A stretch of DNA of 64,000 nt from Kudoa neothunni (Eukaryota; Animalia; Cnidaria), in NCBI GenBank assembly GCA_964304625.1, contig OZ199840.1, forward strand, positions 5,197,200 through 5,261,199, written 5' to 3'. A program made the position numbers and the translations under genes. Shown one piece after another: positions 41,743 to 55,644 of this stretch; positions within the stretch are counted from its first letter, which is position 1, and each line of letters starts with the position of its first letter. The notes under the pieces were generated by a model. It was not told the DNA's origin. It did no database searches and was given only the letters and a program-made list of their open reading frames with translations.

Positions 41743-43902
41743 TCATCGTTTCAACATGTTTCTTTTGAATTTCATTTGGCTATTTTTTGGGCATTCAGTC
41801 CTGCTGGTGAGAAAAATATCCGGTTCAAGTTTGCCAACCATTTTTCTGAGGGGATGTTTTATATCAAGAAATTTCATAGGAGAGGATCGGATGCAATTGG
41901 TTGCCTTAAGGTTGGCTCTGATTTTCATCAGTCTAGGCACATTCATCAAAATTCACACAGCAGAATACCATAATTTACCTGTTGAAGCAACGGAAATTTA
42001 CAATAATCACTTTTTTGATTATTCTATCGATTGGTACATCTAAGATTCTACTGGTTGGGAATGTTTCCACCTACATACATACATATATACATCACATATA
42101 AATTCATTCAGCGTAATGACATCACACAAAATAAAAATAATAATGATTAAACATACATTTCCAATCTTATATCTTCTAAAGGTTTTTCCAACGCAGTCTC
42201 CGAACAAATGCACATTGATTGAAACCATTTGATAGCCTTTTTCGTTCCCGGTCAATTCAGCTGGGCACCACAAGGCTATTATTTTGCCAACTAATTCTCT
42301 ATTTTTATGCACAAAATAGACAGCATCTCCGATTTGGTGGTTGGAGTTGTTAAAATAGTAGGAATCAAAATAGCGCCGAGTGACTTTTTCATTATTCTAA
42401 CGAAAGTAAAAGCACAGTGAATCTAACATATTAACAGAAAAATTACAAAATGATGCGTTACCACACAATTGTGTGATGTAAATCGGTAAAGACTTCTTTT
42501 CTATATCAAAATGAGGGAAGTGTATCAACTAATCAGACTCTTACAAACCGAATTCGACCAGTCATATTACACATGGGATTGACTAAAACACACCATCTAT
42601 AGAAAACTGTGCATCAATTCAAAATGTTTACAATCAAGTGGAGGATGTGTGTGCAGTGTGAACACCTAGAAAATGTGAAAATAAGCGATACCCAGTAAAC
42701 ACTTTTCAATAAAATTAATTTCCTTATCAATTAATTGATAATGAAACTCAACTCAAAAGGTCTCTGTAGAAACTCGGGTAATAAAACAATACTTGAGGTA
42801 TGAAGTTTTTAAATTGGTTTGATCTGAAGGATGCTATCGCTGACAACTCGGTGAGAAACATTCCAGGGTTGATTTCGTAGATTTTTCGAGATTGAGTGTG
42901 TTCGAGGTTTTCACAGTGATTACATATTAGAAACACACATTCATTGAATTCGGAATTGAAGAGACTAAACAAAGCGTCCACTGAGTGGAATGGTATCGGT
43001 GGAATTACGTATTTAGGGGGTAATTATCTGAAGACTTTTTGAAACGATTAATTACAGGTATAGTCTTCCAATCGTTGATTGATTGACATATTGAGTCCAG
43101 GTTACAATTTTTATTCATCTCATACGATTGTTTATCCTCGGTTGTTGGTTGATTGGTTTTCGATTCCAAATTGATGTTTTCTGCCTCACATTTTGGATTC
43201 ATAAATTCATGATAATCCTTTCTGAATGAATCCACAAGATTTTTGAAGATGATTTCTTTTGAGTTGGTGCGATGTTTTGTTCGGCAATGGTTTCCTTGGT
43301 TAAATGCTATTTATTTATTTATTTATTTAGAAAAAAGTTCTGATTAATTCTGCAATAGAAAATATAGTTGGAATTGTGATATTGGCTAGCCGTGATCGTA
43401 TCTCACCTCTTAGAATAATCTCTAAAGTAATCAAGACATATCGATCGATACTTAAATCTGGCTGTTAATTAAGTGTCTATGATAGTAGACATTGTAGTAA
43501 TGAAAGTGAAACAAAAATTATGTTAAACCGAAATGAGCATTGTTCATTTGTATAAAGAGTAATTTGAGTGTTTGAATTATAGTGGTTATTTTGAAGAGTG
43601 AATGTTGGCCAACGATGTATATAATACATTAATTAAACGGAAAAAATACTGGTGTCATTAAAGAAAATATTTGATGGCAGTTTGGATGTGGTTGTATTTG
43701 GTTGTCTAACTATGGGTGAAATCTAAATATTTTTATCAGTTATTTAGACAGAATCAAAATATTATTGATAACACCAGTGAAAGTAGTAGTGGTTGTAGTA
43801 TACCGTGGTGGATATATGAGGTGGATTGGGAGGATTCCAATGTAACTGATTATTATTGTTGCGAAGTTGTGAACGATTTTGACAGGCAGTATTTCGGTCC
43901 AT
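41743..43902 (-). CDS. Multi-exon protein with a C-terminal BAH domain, BAHD1-like
   Basis: RRYFDSYYFNNSNHQIGDAVYFVHKNRELVGKIIALW ... ETFPTSRILDVPIDRIIKKVIIVNFRCFN|RLMKIRAN...LEPDIFLTSR fits the BAH consensus. Upstream exons extend to a putative ATG at 43902; middle exons not fully resolved. Confidence 0.72.
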
Positions 43903-45840
43903 CACTACAATTGGAGTTGATATTTATGAATAAATTGTCAATTACTATTAATTAAAAAAATATTGTTATGATTAAAATTGAACGTGAAAATGAGAAAAAC
44001 TTCATATTTATAATAGAAATAATTTAATTGAATGTTCTACCTTGGAAATTTAACAATAGATCGAAGGTATAGAAAATGTTGCACTAATCTCCAATCTATG
44101 ACTGTCGATATTTTTGTTTTTTCCAACGACTCAGTACGATTGTGAGCCAGCCCAAATTTCAATCCAGTTTTTGAATTAAGCTCTTAACTGGTCACACAGT
44201 TGGCGTAACAGCAACTTCGGGCGAACTATGTGGTTTTTTAACCACCTACCAAACAGTTGTAATAGATCAATTATATAGATATATAATTGAATAAAGTATT
44301 ATCGTGGTCAAAACTTATTTAAAATAATATAAAAAATTCAAAATTATTTATAAATAATTGAGGAAATTATTTCAATCGAGTTTAATAGCAATAATCGCTA
44401 TTCAGCCTTAAATCTCATGTAGCAATTCCCACAGGTTTTGTGAAAAATTAATCCTCTAAATTAAGCTTCTTTATGAGAAACTGATTAAAATAATAACATT
44501 AAACTGTTTTGGCAGTTGGCTCAATTTAATCAAATACGATTTAAACGGTCAGCACAATCATTTGTGTGATTTAAATTACAACAATTTAATCAAATTTTAT
44601 TGTTGTATATTCCTATTAATACGTGATACTGTGTGAAGATTAGGCGATATTACCAACATTCGAACTAATTACAATTATATGATTTAATGAATCGACCATA
44701 GATTATTTTTCTTGGGAATAATAAGCTCACATGAGATTGAGTTTTTAGTATTCTTATTATTATTATGTCGTAATATAAATATACTTACACATATATATGA
44801 ATGTGTATATTTTTGTAAAAAAAACGTTCGATTAATTTTAAAATACGCTCTAATAATTATCCAAATAATCTACTTACAGGGGTGTGGAAAATTCACATTT
44901 TTATCGTTAATTTGACGATGTTTGAAGAAAAATATGATAAGTTTTCGCTTACCCACATATTTCAGTTATTGAAATTTTGTTTCATTTACCTACCTAATAA
45001 TGTAAAAATTAATTAATTTTAAAATAGACTTAGTAAAATTTTGCGCGTTATGCTTAAAATAAAGGAATGATTGGTTGTTATTGATTGTTGCTTGAAACTG
45101 ACAAATCTCTCACCTTATTAATTCTTATTCAATCATTGAATATATTTAACTTCACAAATCAATCAAATATTATATAATAACTTAATAGTATTTATTCTCA
45201 TCATCAGTCTATGTGCAATTATTCTCGTATAATCCTCCAATTAGTAACTCAATAAATCGTTATCTAATAAGTTGATTGAATTGACAATTAAAAATATTAT
45301 TGTTTATTTTAAAAATTATTTTAAAAATTATTTTAAAAATTAATTTTAGGTGGCAAATAAGGCATCACCACTACCAAATTCTCTTACAGATAAAACACCC
45401 CTTACACCTCACAATTGAAGTATACACGCCTTAAATACTTTTATTGAAATTGTATTTAAAAGTTTGAAGTATCCAGTTTCAAACTTACAACATCGTACTA
45501 TGAACATATTGATAATTTACGCATTGTTACAGCAGTCGTTGGTATTTCCTGATTTTAGTCTTCTAATGTAACTAAATTGTTTCATTTAATCTCGGTGAGA
45601 TTAATTATAAGCCTATAAATTAGATTAATTCGAGTATTAACGTTAACCACAGATTAAAACAAAATACCTTTGTCAGGAGTATTAGGTCCTCATTACTTTT
45701 TATTATTTTCAGTTGATTGAGCAGTCTAGTTACTTTATGGGAAGGGAATATTAGCGTGATAAATGATATTCAAGTTTCGCGAATTTTCTCTAAATTGTTT
45801 CTTGCGCTTGAGAGCAAAAGAAGGTGGAAATAATTAAATA

Positions 45841-47542
45841 CAGTCGAACCTCGCCTCGATTATCCGGAAAATTTAGGACCAGCGAATGTCTCTCCGGTTA
45901 ATCGAACATAAACTATAACACCTGTTCATGCGTTTTTTTTAATTTCTAGTTAAATGATTGTTTATTTGGTAAATAAAAAATTTTGTACTATTTATGAAGT
46001 AAAATATTTTAACTTCTGCCAATTTAATCAAAAATGTTGGCACACCTATCAACTAAGAATATAGAGACTTAAAGGAGAAACAGTACGTAATTAAGACAGT
46101 TTTTACAAATATGGATATAGAGGAATAACCCACTTTTTTAGATATTCGATAATTAATTTTTGTTTAATATTCATACAGGCATGGGTTCAGATTTAATTAA
46201 ATTTGTATATGACTGAATGTCTGACTTAAATTATAAATGATAAATTTATTAGTAAATAACCTAGAAATATTTTTGTTTGAAATATTGCATTGATATATAT
46301 ATACATGAAACGTTGTATATGCCGCATATATAATGATGTGATCTGCTTTTATCCGGAAATACGATTACAGCAGTGTATGGATCGTACGCAATTGTTAAAA
46401 ATTTACTTATTTATTATTTAATATGTTTTAATTCAAATTTAAATAGATAATTAAATACAACATAGATCATTTGTCGATAAATAATTGATTTTCAACAAAA
46501 TATTAAGGTTGGAAACGTATTGTATGGAGTTAACACAAAAATGACTCGAGCGCAGGGCTTAATCTGAACTTTGCAAAAAATAATGGATGGAGCGTTAATT
46601 TTAGTGAAACAAAACCACCTTAAACTACCAAAAAACTCGAAATTATAAAGTTTTACGAGTTCATATTATATAATAAAGATGCTAAGTTCCAAGCGATGGA
46701 AATATTTGTCAATAAAATAGCACGATAATAAAAAGGTTTAAATGACCAGTTCCATTCTTGTGGTTTTTCTTGGAAAATAGAATAGACAGCTCACTATTTC
46801 TAAGAGAAATTTATTTTTTATTATTTCTCGGCTATTTCGTAACCTACAATGAATATATTTGTCTAATGTAACACTGCTACTTACCTTCGAACCTAGCCAA
46901 TGTGCTACAGCCTGTTATAGCCACTGGATCGTGGAATTGTTAAAGTTTTAAAATGATGCACAAAAGAAACCAAATGGCGTCATCCATACATCAGATCGGA
47001 TTTCAAGATATTGACTACATTGTAACTAATGCATTGGATGTTATTCATTCGACAATCAAATTATGGGAATACATTAAAACGGAAAACAATACTAACTAAC
47101 TAACTAACTAACTAATTAATTAACTAACTAACTAACTAACTAAACTAATTAACTAACTAACTAACTAACTAATTAACTAACTAACTAACTAACTAACTAA
47201 TTAATTAACTAACTAACTAACTAATTAATTAACTAATTAATTAACTAACTAACTAATTAACTAACTAACTAATTAATTAACTAATTAATTAACTAACTAA
47301 CTAATTAACTAACTAACTAATTAATTAACTAACTAACTAACTAACTAATTAATTAACTAACTAACTAACTAATTAATTAACTAATTAATTAACTAACTAA
47401 CTAACTAATTAATTAACTAACTAACTAACTAACTAACTAATTAATTAACTAACTAACTAAACTAACTAATTAATTAACTAACTAACTAATTAATTAACTA
47501 ACTAACTAACTAATTAATTAACTAACTAACTAATTAATTAAT

Positions 47543-47573
<31 letters not shown>

Positions 47574-48290
47574 TTAATTAACTAACTAACTAACTAACTA
47601 ATTAATTAACTAACTAACTAACTAATTAATTAACTAACTAACTAACTAACTAACTAATTAATTAACTAATTAATTAACTAACTAACTAACTAACTAATTA
47701 ATTAACTAACTAACTAACTAACTAATTAATTAACTAATTAATTAACTAATTAACTAACTGCTTTAGGAATCATTTTTCCTCTCTGAAAATCCACTAAATG
47801 ATGATTCCTATGATGTTCCTGATGCTGATCAATTTAAACATGACATCATTGAGCTGATTGAAGAGGAGAAATCATTAGAATTAACGAATCCTATTGAAGA
47901 AACTCATCAAAGCTACACAGTCGACACCTCTGATATTTTTACAACATCAGATTTTCCTGATTTTGACATGGTTGATGACGACTCTGATTATATTGATAAA
48001 GTTATTATATTAATTGGCTAACTCAATATTTGAACATTTTTTTAAACCAAAAAATATTGAACGATATTTTAATAAAAAAAGGTATACAAGTTAGTTTGTG
48101 CTCCAAATAAAATTATTATTGATTATATTATCAACAGAAAACTGTTATTTTAGCGCTGGACACATGCGCCATTCGAATGTGTCCAGCGCAAAAATGAATG
48201 CAACGCAGTGGTTTTCATCTTCCCAATTTCTACGTTACATCCATACACTACTGTAAATAGTTCATCCGGTTTCCGGATAATCAAACATTT
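45841..48290 (+). mobile_element. Decayed pogo/Tigger element interrupted by a satellite
   Basis: Left TIR TA-CAGTCGAACCTCG..GATTATCCGG; partial right TIR CCGGATAATC at ~48272. CENP-B-like GALILVK, DDE_1 motifs LPSNLANVLQP..DRGIVKVLK and NALDVIH..LWEYIK..(TILN)CFR, and an acidic tail. Confidence 0.75.
47091..47759. repeat. ~670-bp tetranucleotide satellite of mixed AACT and AATT units
   Basis: Directly visible. Confidence 0.98.
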
Positions 48291-49689
48291 ATCGACACGT
48301 AATGTCAATAAAATCCAAATTAAATTTAAAATTTTATAGTTATTTTTAATAACATATTTTGAAGTTACTGACGTATATTATTTAAAGTATGTGTAAAATT
48401 TCAAACGGAGATCAAAAAGGAGCGTAGGATAATATGTGCTCTAATCAAGATTGGTTAAAAGTAGATTTTAAATATTGGCTAGATCAGGATGCTAAGGACA
48501 GAAATTCCAACTAGCGCAAATGTTGGACGAATTCATTCATTAATGAACACAGTAAAAAATAAACAAACTAACTCATTAAAGGTTTAAAACTGTAAAATGT
48601 AAACTTATCGCAAAGCAGTTGATCAGAAGAAATAATAATACGTGTTTGAGTTCGCATCCAACAAATAATCTGATACATGATGTGAACCAACGATACCTTG
48701 AGCGCTTGAAAAATACATCAAACTTGTTAATTGAAGGGTTGTGAAGATGATTCAATTGACGAGAATAATTAGAAAACGCGTTTAAAATAAGAATTTTTGT
48801 TATTTCAATAATATTATTGTGTTGTCTTTGCGATCTTATTTTTTCTAAGAGTCCAACCCAACCTTGGGGCTTTTCCGATATGCTCATTGGACGCCCTGGT
48901 TGAAACGTTTAGTACGCACATTTTCTGAGATCCTGAGGGAATTACATATTAATGGTTACCTATTGTATAGCAGCGCCTTCCGATTTATTTTAGTTTCCTC
49001 AAATAATAAATGATAGAAGCGATAATATATTTAATGTTTTGACTTTTTTCTTGTCTTTTCTACAAATAATTGAGTAGAGATTTAATATTTTGGCGAAAAT
49101 ATCCAATATATAATGCGCGTAGGCGTGCGCTATTAAATGTTGTAATTAGGTTTTCATTATAAATTTAAATATTTTATGAAGAAAATAAACAATTGAGTTC
49201 AACTTTAATGTAAAGTTTTAGTTTATATAATTTTTGAATGCAAATTGATATTAACTAAAAGCATAAAAATTAAAGCCAATGCAATAAATAAATCCGAAAA
49301 AGCTAATTTGACGAAAATCAAACCGAAATTTTTATTTATCTTTAAATTTATTAAAAAATTAAAATAATAAAATTATTGAGATTTCGACACATCTTAAACC
49401 TTAAAACATTTAACATCATATTTAAATAATATATTTTGTAAATTACGTCCGAAATATGCTTTACGTTATGATTTTTTCGTTCATTCAAAGTATGAATCTC
49501 CAATAGTAAAGACCTACTCTAAAAAATGTTTTGTTAAGCTGAAACTTTAATATTGGAATTAATTTTAAAACACTTGTTACAGGTTTTGCTGAATAAAATA
49601 TATAATTTTTTATTAAACAAGTTATGTTGAATAATCTAAATAAATAAAGTAGTTGACAGAATTGAATTGCAGGAAAATAAAAATACTCT

Positions 49690-51780
49690 AAGCAAAGGAA
49701 ATAATACTTGATGAAATATGTTTTAAATGATGAACAACTTAGTAACCTATTTTAAGTATGGTTATTTTCAAAATCTACCCCATTCAAAGCCATAAGACAA
49801 CTCGAACAACCATTACTATTGTCAGTAGAAGTAACACACTGACAACCAGTCCTATATAAACCCATATGATTTTATTGGGTTTTTTTGATTCGATATATAT
49901 TGGGATCATAAATTGAAAATAAGTTTTGTTATTGTAAAATTCACGGACATAATTGTACTTTTTAGTGTAAAACTCGTGCGAATAGGTAGGAACCTAATGA
50001 AATTCATTGAATTAACCAAAGTTTCATTAAAATATACTTTGCTGTAATCTTGGGGTGGTAACAGATAAGAAACGACTGTTTTGATGATCTCGTTGGCTAA
50101 AGTTTCTTTTTGTTGTTTGTTCATCTATAAAAGTTAATAGCTAGCTGACAACATTTTATTTTACCCCACTAATTATAAATTCTCGCTCGTGTTCTTCGGC
50201 AGCCTGATGTAAATCGTTATTGATGTAGACAGTGCGTAAAACCATATTTATTCCCTGCAATAAAGTTATATTTATATATTAATCCTAAAAATTGTGCTAC
50301 ATTTATATATTTTATCAAAAAATTTAGCAAATCAACAGGAAAATGTTTTAACTGACATATTTCAACAGGTTCGTTATTATCCCTGAAGCTCTCGAATCTT
50401 ATAAGAGAAAGCAAGTGTTTTCGGCACAGTTCCTTATTGAATATCCCAATGATTTTAAGTTCTTCGTGTGCGTTAGGTGTATTTTCGACATTTTTGTAGG
50501 GGTTATTGTAACTTTGTTTGCTCACAAAAGAGAAATTTGTATTTAAACATGGATGAGTTGCTTCCATTTTGTTGTTCGAGGTTTTCTATACAGGAGTTTA
50601 TAGTGTAATAATAAAACTAATGAGACTTAACGTTGATAGCTATGTCGAAAGAGTTGTGAACAAGTTGCTCTAATCCATCACAAGCGAATAGAATTGTCGT
50701 TGCAACAGCAGAAGAATTTGATAAACTTGTGGAAAACATTGTTACATAAGGATAATATCTAGCGACGTAGCTTTGAATGTAAGCTGAGCGATTGGTTAGA
50801 AAAGACAACGAAAGGCGGTCATTATCGAGTTCTAACAGTCCTTCTGTTCTATCCAGCTGAATCGAAAATATACAACTGAAAATCATCCAAATAATGCATA
50901 CCAATGAATGTACAAAAAAGTTGATATTTGATTCAACAATTGATGGTAAATAAATAATATTAATTTTTCTTGGTTTTTTATTGAGATTAAAATAAGTTTT
51001 TTTGAATTCGTTGATAAAGAGATTTAATTTTTTGCCATTTTTAGATCTATTCGAATATTAAATATCCGATTTGTAGAAAATTTAAATACGTCTCTGAAAA
51101 ATCGTTCTTTGATGCAACAAAATCAATTTCCAAACAACTACTGTTATAACTATATTTCCAGTAGTAATCTAGAAGACCAACTAATCAAAATCTACTGCTT
51201 ATTTAAAAATATTTTAATATTTTCTGGAATAATTGTCACAGCACTAGATATTTCTTCTTTTTCTAATAAAAAAATTAATTTGATTACAAATTTAAAGCAA
51301 TAACTGGATATAAGGATAGAAAAGGTTTGGAATTGAATCATTTTTTGAGGACTTGAGTTCTCCTCAGCTATCCAAATAATGTACCACTTTCTAATATTAC
51401 CCAATAGCTTTGGCTAGATTTGCTGTAGGATAACAACATTCGAATTATGTAATCTTACAGTACTACTTTGATTGAATTTACATCCAATCTCTTCAAATGT
51501 AGTTGATCTATTACTGAGAAATATACATAATAATGTAATAAAAATTATCATATTTTAAAGATTAAAATGTCAAGTTTTAAATAATAATCCATAAAGAAGA
51601 TGTATTTATAATGATTTCGCACAAGCTTCCTGACATAAATGGTTCTATTGAACCGTCTACTATTTGAGCATAATCAGCCAAGAGTACACGCTTATTTTCT
51701 ACTCCCTATAACCAGTAACCTTTGTAAATATTGTTATTATTAATTATTACTACTACAAGAGAGACAATTGAGGTCATATT
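49690..51780 (-). CDS. Uncharacterised multi-exon membrane protein (or pseudogene)
   Basis: Four collinear minus-strand ORFs (51404, 50904, 50567, 50124), mostly separated by intron-sized gaps; hydrophobic segments FFVHSLVCIIWMIFSCIFSI and GLVVSVLLLTIVMVVRVVLWL. Confidence 0.5.
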
Positions 51781-52312
51781 TCTTAGTAGTATTTAATTTG
51801 TGGTATTATAACAACATTTTACTAATTACGATAATCAATAATTGCCGACATATTATGTAAATTAAATAAAATAATAATAAATTATGTAAAATATGATAAT
51901 AGTAATCTATTAAAAACAATAATTATTATATCAAGCAAAATTAATAACATTCGTTGTCTGCAGGAGGATTGAGCGTGAAAATCCTTTGTTTATAGTATGT
52001 TTACTTCCTTTTCGTTGTAATTTTCATCACTTTTAATCCCTCAAAATCAACCTGACCAACAAATAAAAAATTAAAACTTGAGTTCATATTTATCAAACAT
52101 TTGGATGTTTAGTTGAATAGTTGAACATGACAACAAAACTTCAAGACAACAGTCCATCATATTATGCTATTTTTATAAATCTATTTATTTAAATAACCAA
52201 ACTGTGTGTATTAATGTATCACATGCAAAATTTTGCCAACTGTTTTTCAACAGGTGATTCAAATGTCTATGCGCATAAATCTAAATAGCATGCGTAATTT
52301 TTTGTTTAAAAA

Positions 52313-52677
52313 ATGCCATCGGAGCAAGGTGACAACACAAATGAAAACTCCAGCAATAGTTCTTTGCGAAGTGAAGATTACGGGGATAATACATACAGTG
52401 AAAATGATGATGACGATGATACTTCAAACAGTAATCCCCAATTACTTTGACTGATTAGAAAATAACTTATTATATGTGGTGTCTAGCTGACGAGGAGCAG
52501 AATTTTTATCGTATGATGTTCTACAGTATAAACTACGATTTACCACTTCAACCAATGATGATTGAAGTATTTGTTTAATCGGTTGTTTGTATGTAAAGAG
52601 TTGGGTCGGTTGTTGGTATCTAAAATATCATGTATTCGAATAGAAGCCTATTTAAGGCAATTTTTTGCGTTATACGA
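52313..52677 (+). CDS. Orphan spliced gene start with an acidic N-terminus; may continue to the exon at 54445-54690
   Basis: MPSEQGDNTNENSS..ENDDDDDTSN|TDEEQNFYRMMFYSINYDLPLQPMMIE|LGRLLVSKISCIRIEAYLRQFFALY splices in frame over short GT-AG introns. Confidence 0.45.
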
Positions 52678-55644
52678 GTAAACAAAAATAATCCGAAATA
52701 ATCCGAGAAAGTACGCTCCGATACTTGGCTGCTTATAAAATCAACGAAGCGCATACTTTTCGGTTAGGTTAAGTCGGGGTTGGACGACTTTAATCTTAAT
52801 CGTCGGATTATGTAATACAATATATTGCCGGTTTTACGTGTTTTTCAATGCTCACACATAATAATATACATAATTATTTATTATTAATTTAATAATTGGT
52901 GATTTTAATCAGGTTGAAAAAATAATCGGAAATAATTTCCGATACATCAATTTCTCCGTGTACCTAGTAAAATTGATAGAGGTTTTTTTTGTTTGAAATT
53001 GTAAAATCTATGTCACTCTCACAACCATACCATATAACTTATATGATATAAGTAAGTTGAGTAGTCGAACAATTTACATCCTCCAAATAAAAATGGGGTA
53101 GAAATCTACCATATTTTTTTATCTGATCAAATTGTCTCAAATATAACTCAGCATTAACTTAGAAAATATGAGGAAAATTCATTGAGTAAATTTTGAATAA
53201 ATGCTCAATTATTAGTTATATTCGGTGTGTGCGTGCGCGTATATTTATGTTATTGCATTTGTATGGAGTAAAATTGTTGTTATAGGTGTGTTTCTACGGG
53301 GTTTTTAGTTTTAAGATTTAACCTGAATTTTGTAACAGCTGCCAGTCAATTTACCTTGTTTTAAACGACGCGATGTAATTTTGCGCATAAATCACAAAAT
53401 GATGGAAAACAGTGCGTATTTCAAAAAAAGTTATCATGCATGTTTTTAAACTCGTTCTAAAACACAAAACCTGTCCAAATATTGAACAATTATATCACAT
53501 GTTTTTAACACTCTCTGTAACACGAAACTAAGGATATTGATTAATAATTTTCACGTATGTTTTTGGATGCCCCTTACAACTAAGAACGATGCAAATTTGT
53601 GAAGGTACGTCATATTTTGAGTGACTAATGTAAGAATAATGAGAGAACGACATGTTTACATCGATGTCGCGCCTGCGCATCGGAACAGTGTGTATAATGT
53701 TTCGTTGTTTATTCATTATTTACTGGATAGAATTTCCGTAGATTATTAAAATTCACATGTATTAATATTTTAAATAATTTTATTTGAAAGGTGTTTTTAC
53801 ATTAACTTTTTTAATGTATGACAAATAAAAATTTCAACTTATTTTCCTGAAAGCTTTCATAAAGATAGAAGATTATAAAGGGTGGATAGGAGTTATGCTC
53901 GATTTATAATACACTATAATATTGTTGGTAAAATTCACTTGGGGTAAAAATCTACCGCATTTTATTTAGAAGGTTTAGTAGATCAAGTACGTATGATAAT
54001 CATTTTTCTAATGGTTTTTCTCGTTTTTAATCTATCGTCAAGGTGGATATGTTAAAGTGCATCATAGTAGCAAATGTAACACTTGATTTTTGGATAAATA
54101 TGGAGGGATTTTAATTGATTCACTGCTGTTGTTTAATTTAGTTAAAATTCAAAATTACTTCAATAATTTAATGCATTTTATTTTATGATCCCTATAACTA
54201 TAATAAGGGTCAGCAAAAACGACCACCCTTCTCAAGCACTTTTAGGGTACAATAGACCTCAGGTTTTTATTTGATGAATTAACTCAATAAATATAGATAT
54301 AATACTTTATTCGATTTAGAAAATTTCTGTCGACTAAATTTGAAGAAAAAAGCGAATATTCTTGAATTTTTGTGAAATAAAGAATTCAAGTGTATCGACT
54401 TAATGATTAATATTTGATATTATTGTTCAGGAGCATGTTGTTAGTCTGCTCAAATAATGCTACGCGACCGCGCTTTTCCCATACAAAATAAGATTGAAAC
54501 TAATGAGTGTATTGATGAATTTAAATCTTTTGGAAGTGAATTCGAAGAAAACTATACGGAATCATTTGAAACATCGATTGAATTGATGAAATGTGGTAAT
54601 ACTGAAGATCCAAGAATCGGTGCAGAAAATATCAATAAGAACCGCTTGGCTTTACTTTCTATTGCATTTAGAATGTTAAAAGCATGCTAGATTGTTTTTC
54701 ATCTTTTCACAAACATAGTTTGTGAATAAATAATCAAATATATCAATTGTTTGGAAGATTTCATTTCAAAAGCCTAATATAATTATTAACTATATTCAAA
54801 TAGATTATATCTCCTATTTATAATTATATAAATTTATTTTAATTAACGGTCACGTGTGAATAATTAAATCCTTACGAAAAATAAACATTAATTAATTATG
54901 TTCATAACATATTCAAAAATTTATATGTGAATAATATCTGTATGGTTATATTTTTATTTATTTTTAAGTCATATTGACCAAAAAACGTCGTGGGGTTTAA
55001 AAGACCCCGAAAGTCCTTAGAAGATAATTTTTGTTTCTTCTACACCTAATTTTTATTCGTTCAGCCTGAGATTTTCAAAGAATATCTTAATTTATTGAAA
55101 GTTAGGAGATTGGATAGAATTTTGCGAATTTCTGATTATTACGTATATATACTGGGTAAACTTATTATAGTTTGGGGTCCAAAAGACCTCAAAGTCCTTA
55201 GAGTGTTTAATAACGATATCATTTGAATGTAATATTTTTCTATCGTAAATAAACTAAAAATTTTAACTTTAGCTCATCTAAATAATTTAATAACATTTTC
55301 TTTTACCCAAATTATTAGAGAATATATCAGATTTATTAACGCCAATTTTTTTTTACACTCAAATATATCCTAAAGTTTTAATTTAATGCGTCTACTTCAA
55401 AAATTAATGACAGAAAACGGCCGTTAATTTGTTTTTTCATTCGATAATATTTATTCCTGTAACTAAATAACATTTCTTAATGGAGGAAATATATTTAATC
55501 GTTATTATTATTATTATTATTATTAATTTACAATCACATCCCAATAATTTGAAATAATAGCGAATTAAACTTTTATTCATTATTCTTCTACAAAATAAAC
55601 AATCATATAATTTGACAAATATTTATGACAATCATTAATTTCCA

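Noticed and set aside
41756-42043. + strand hydrophobic ORFs
   Set aside because: They are antisense to the BAH-domain exons.
43716-43955. + strand 79-aa ORF
   Set aside because: It is antisense to the apparent first exons of the BAH gene, which have ATG and splice signals on the minus strand.
47091-47759. Telomeric repeat or CRISPR array
   Set aside because: The unit is TTAG/TTAA without G-runs, the array is internal to a transposon relic, and there are no unique spacers.
48576-48887. 103-aa minus-strand ORF
   Set aside because: No recognisable motif or splice context; possibly TE debris, but I cannot support a call.
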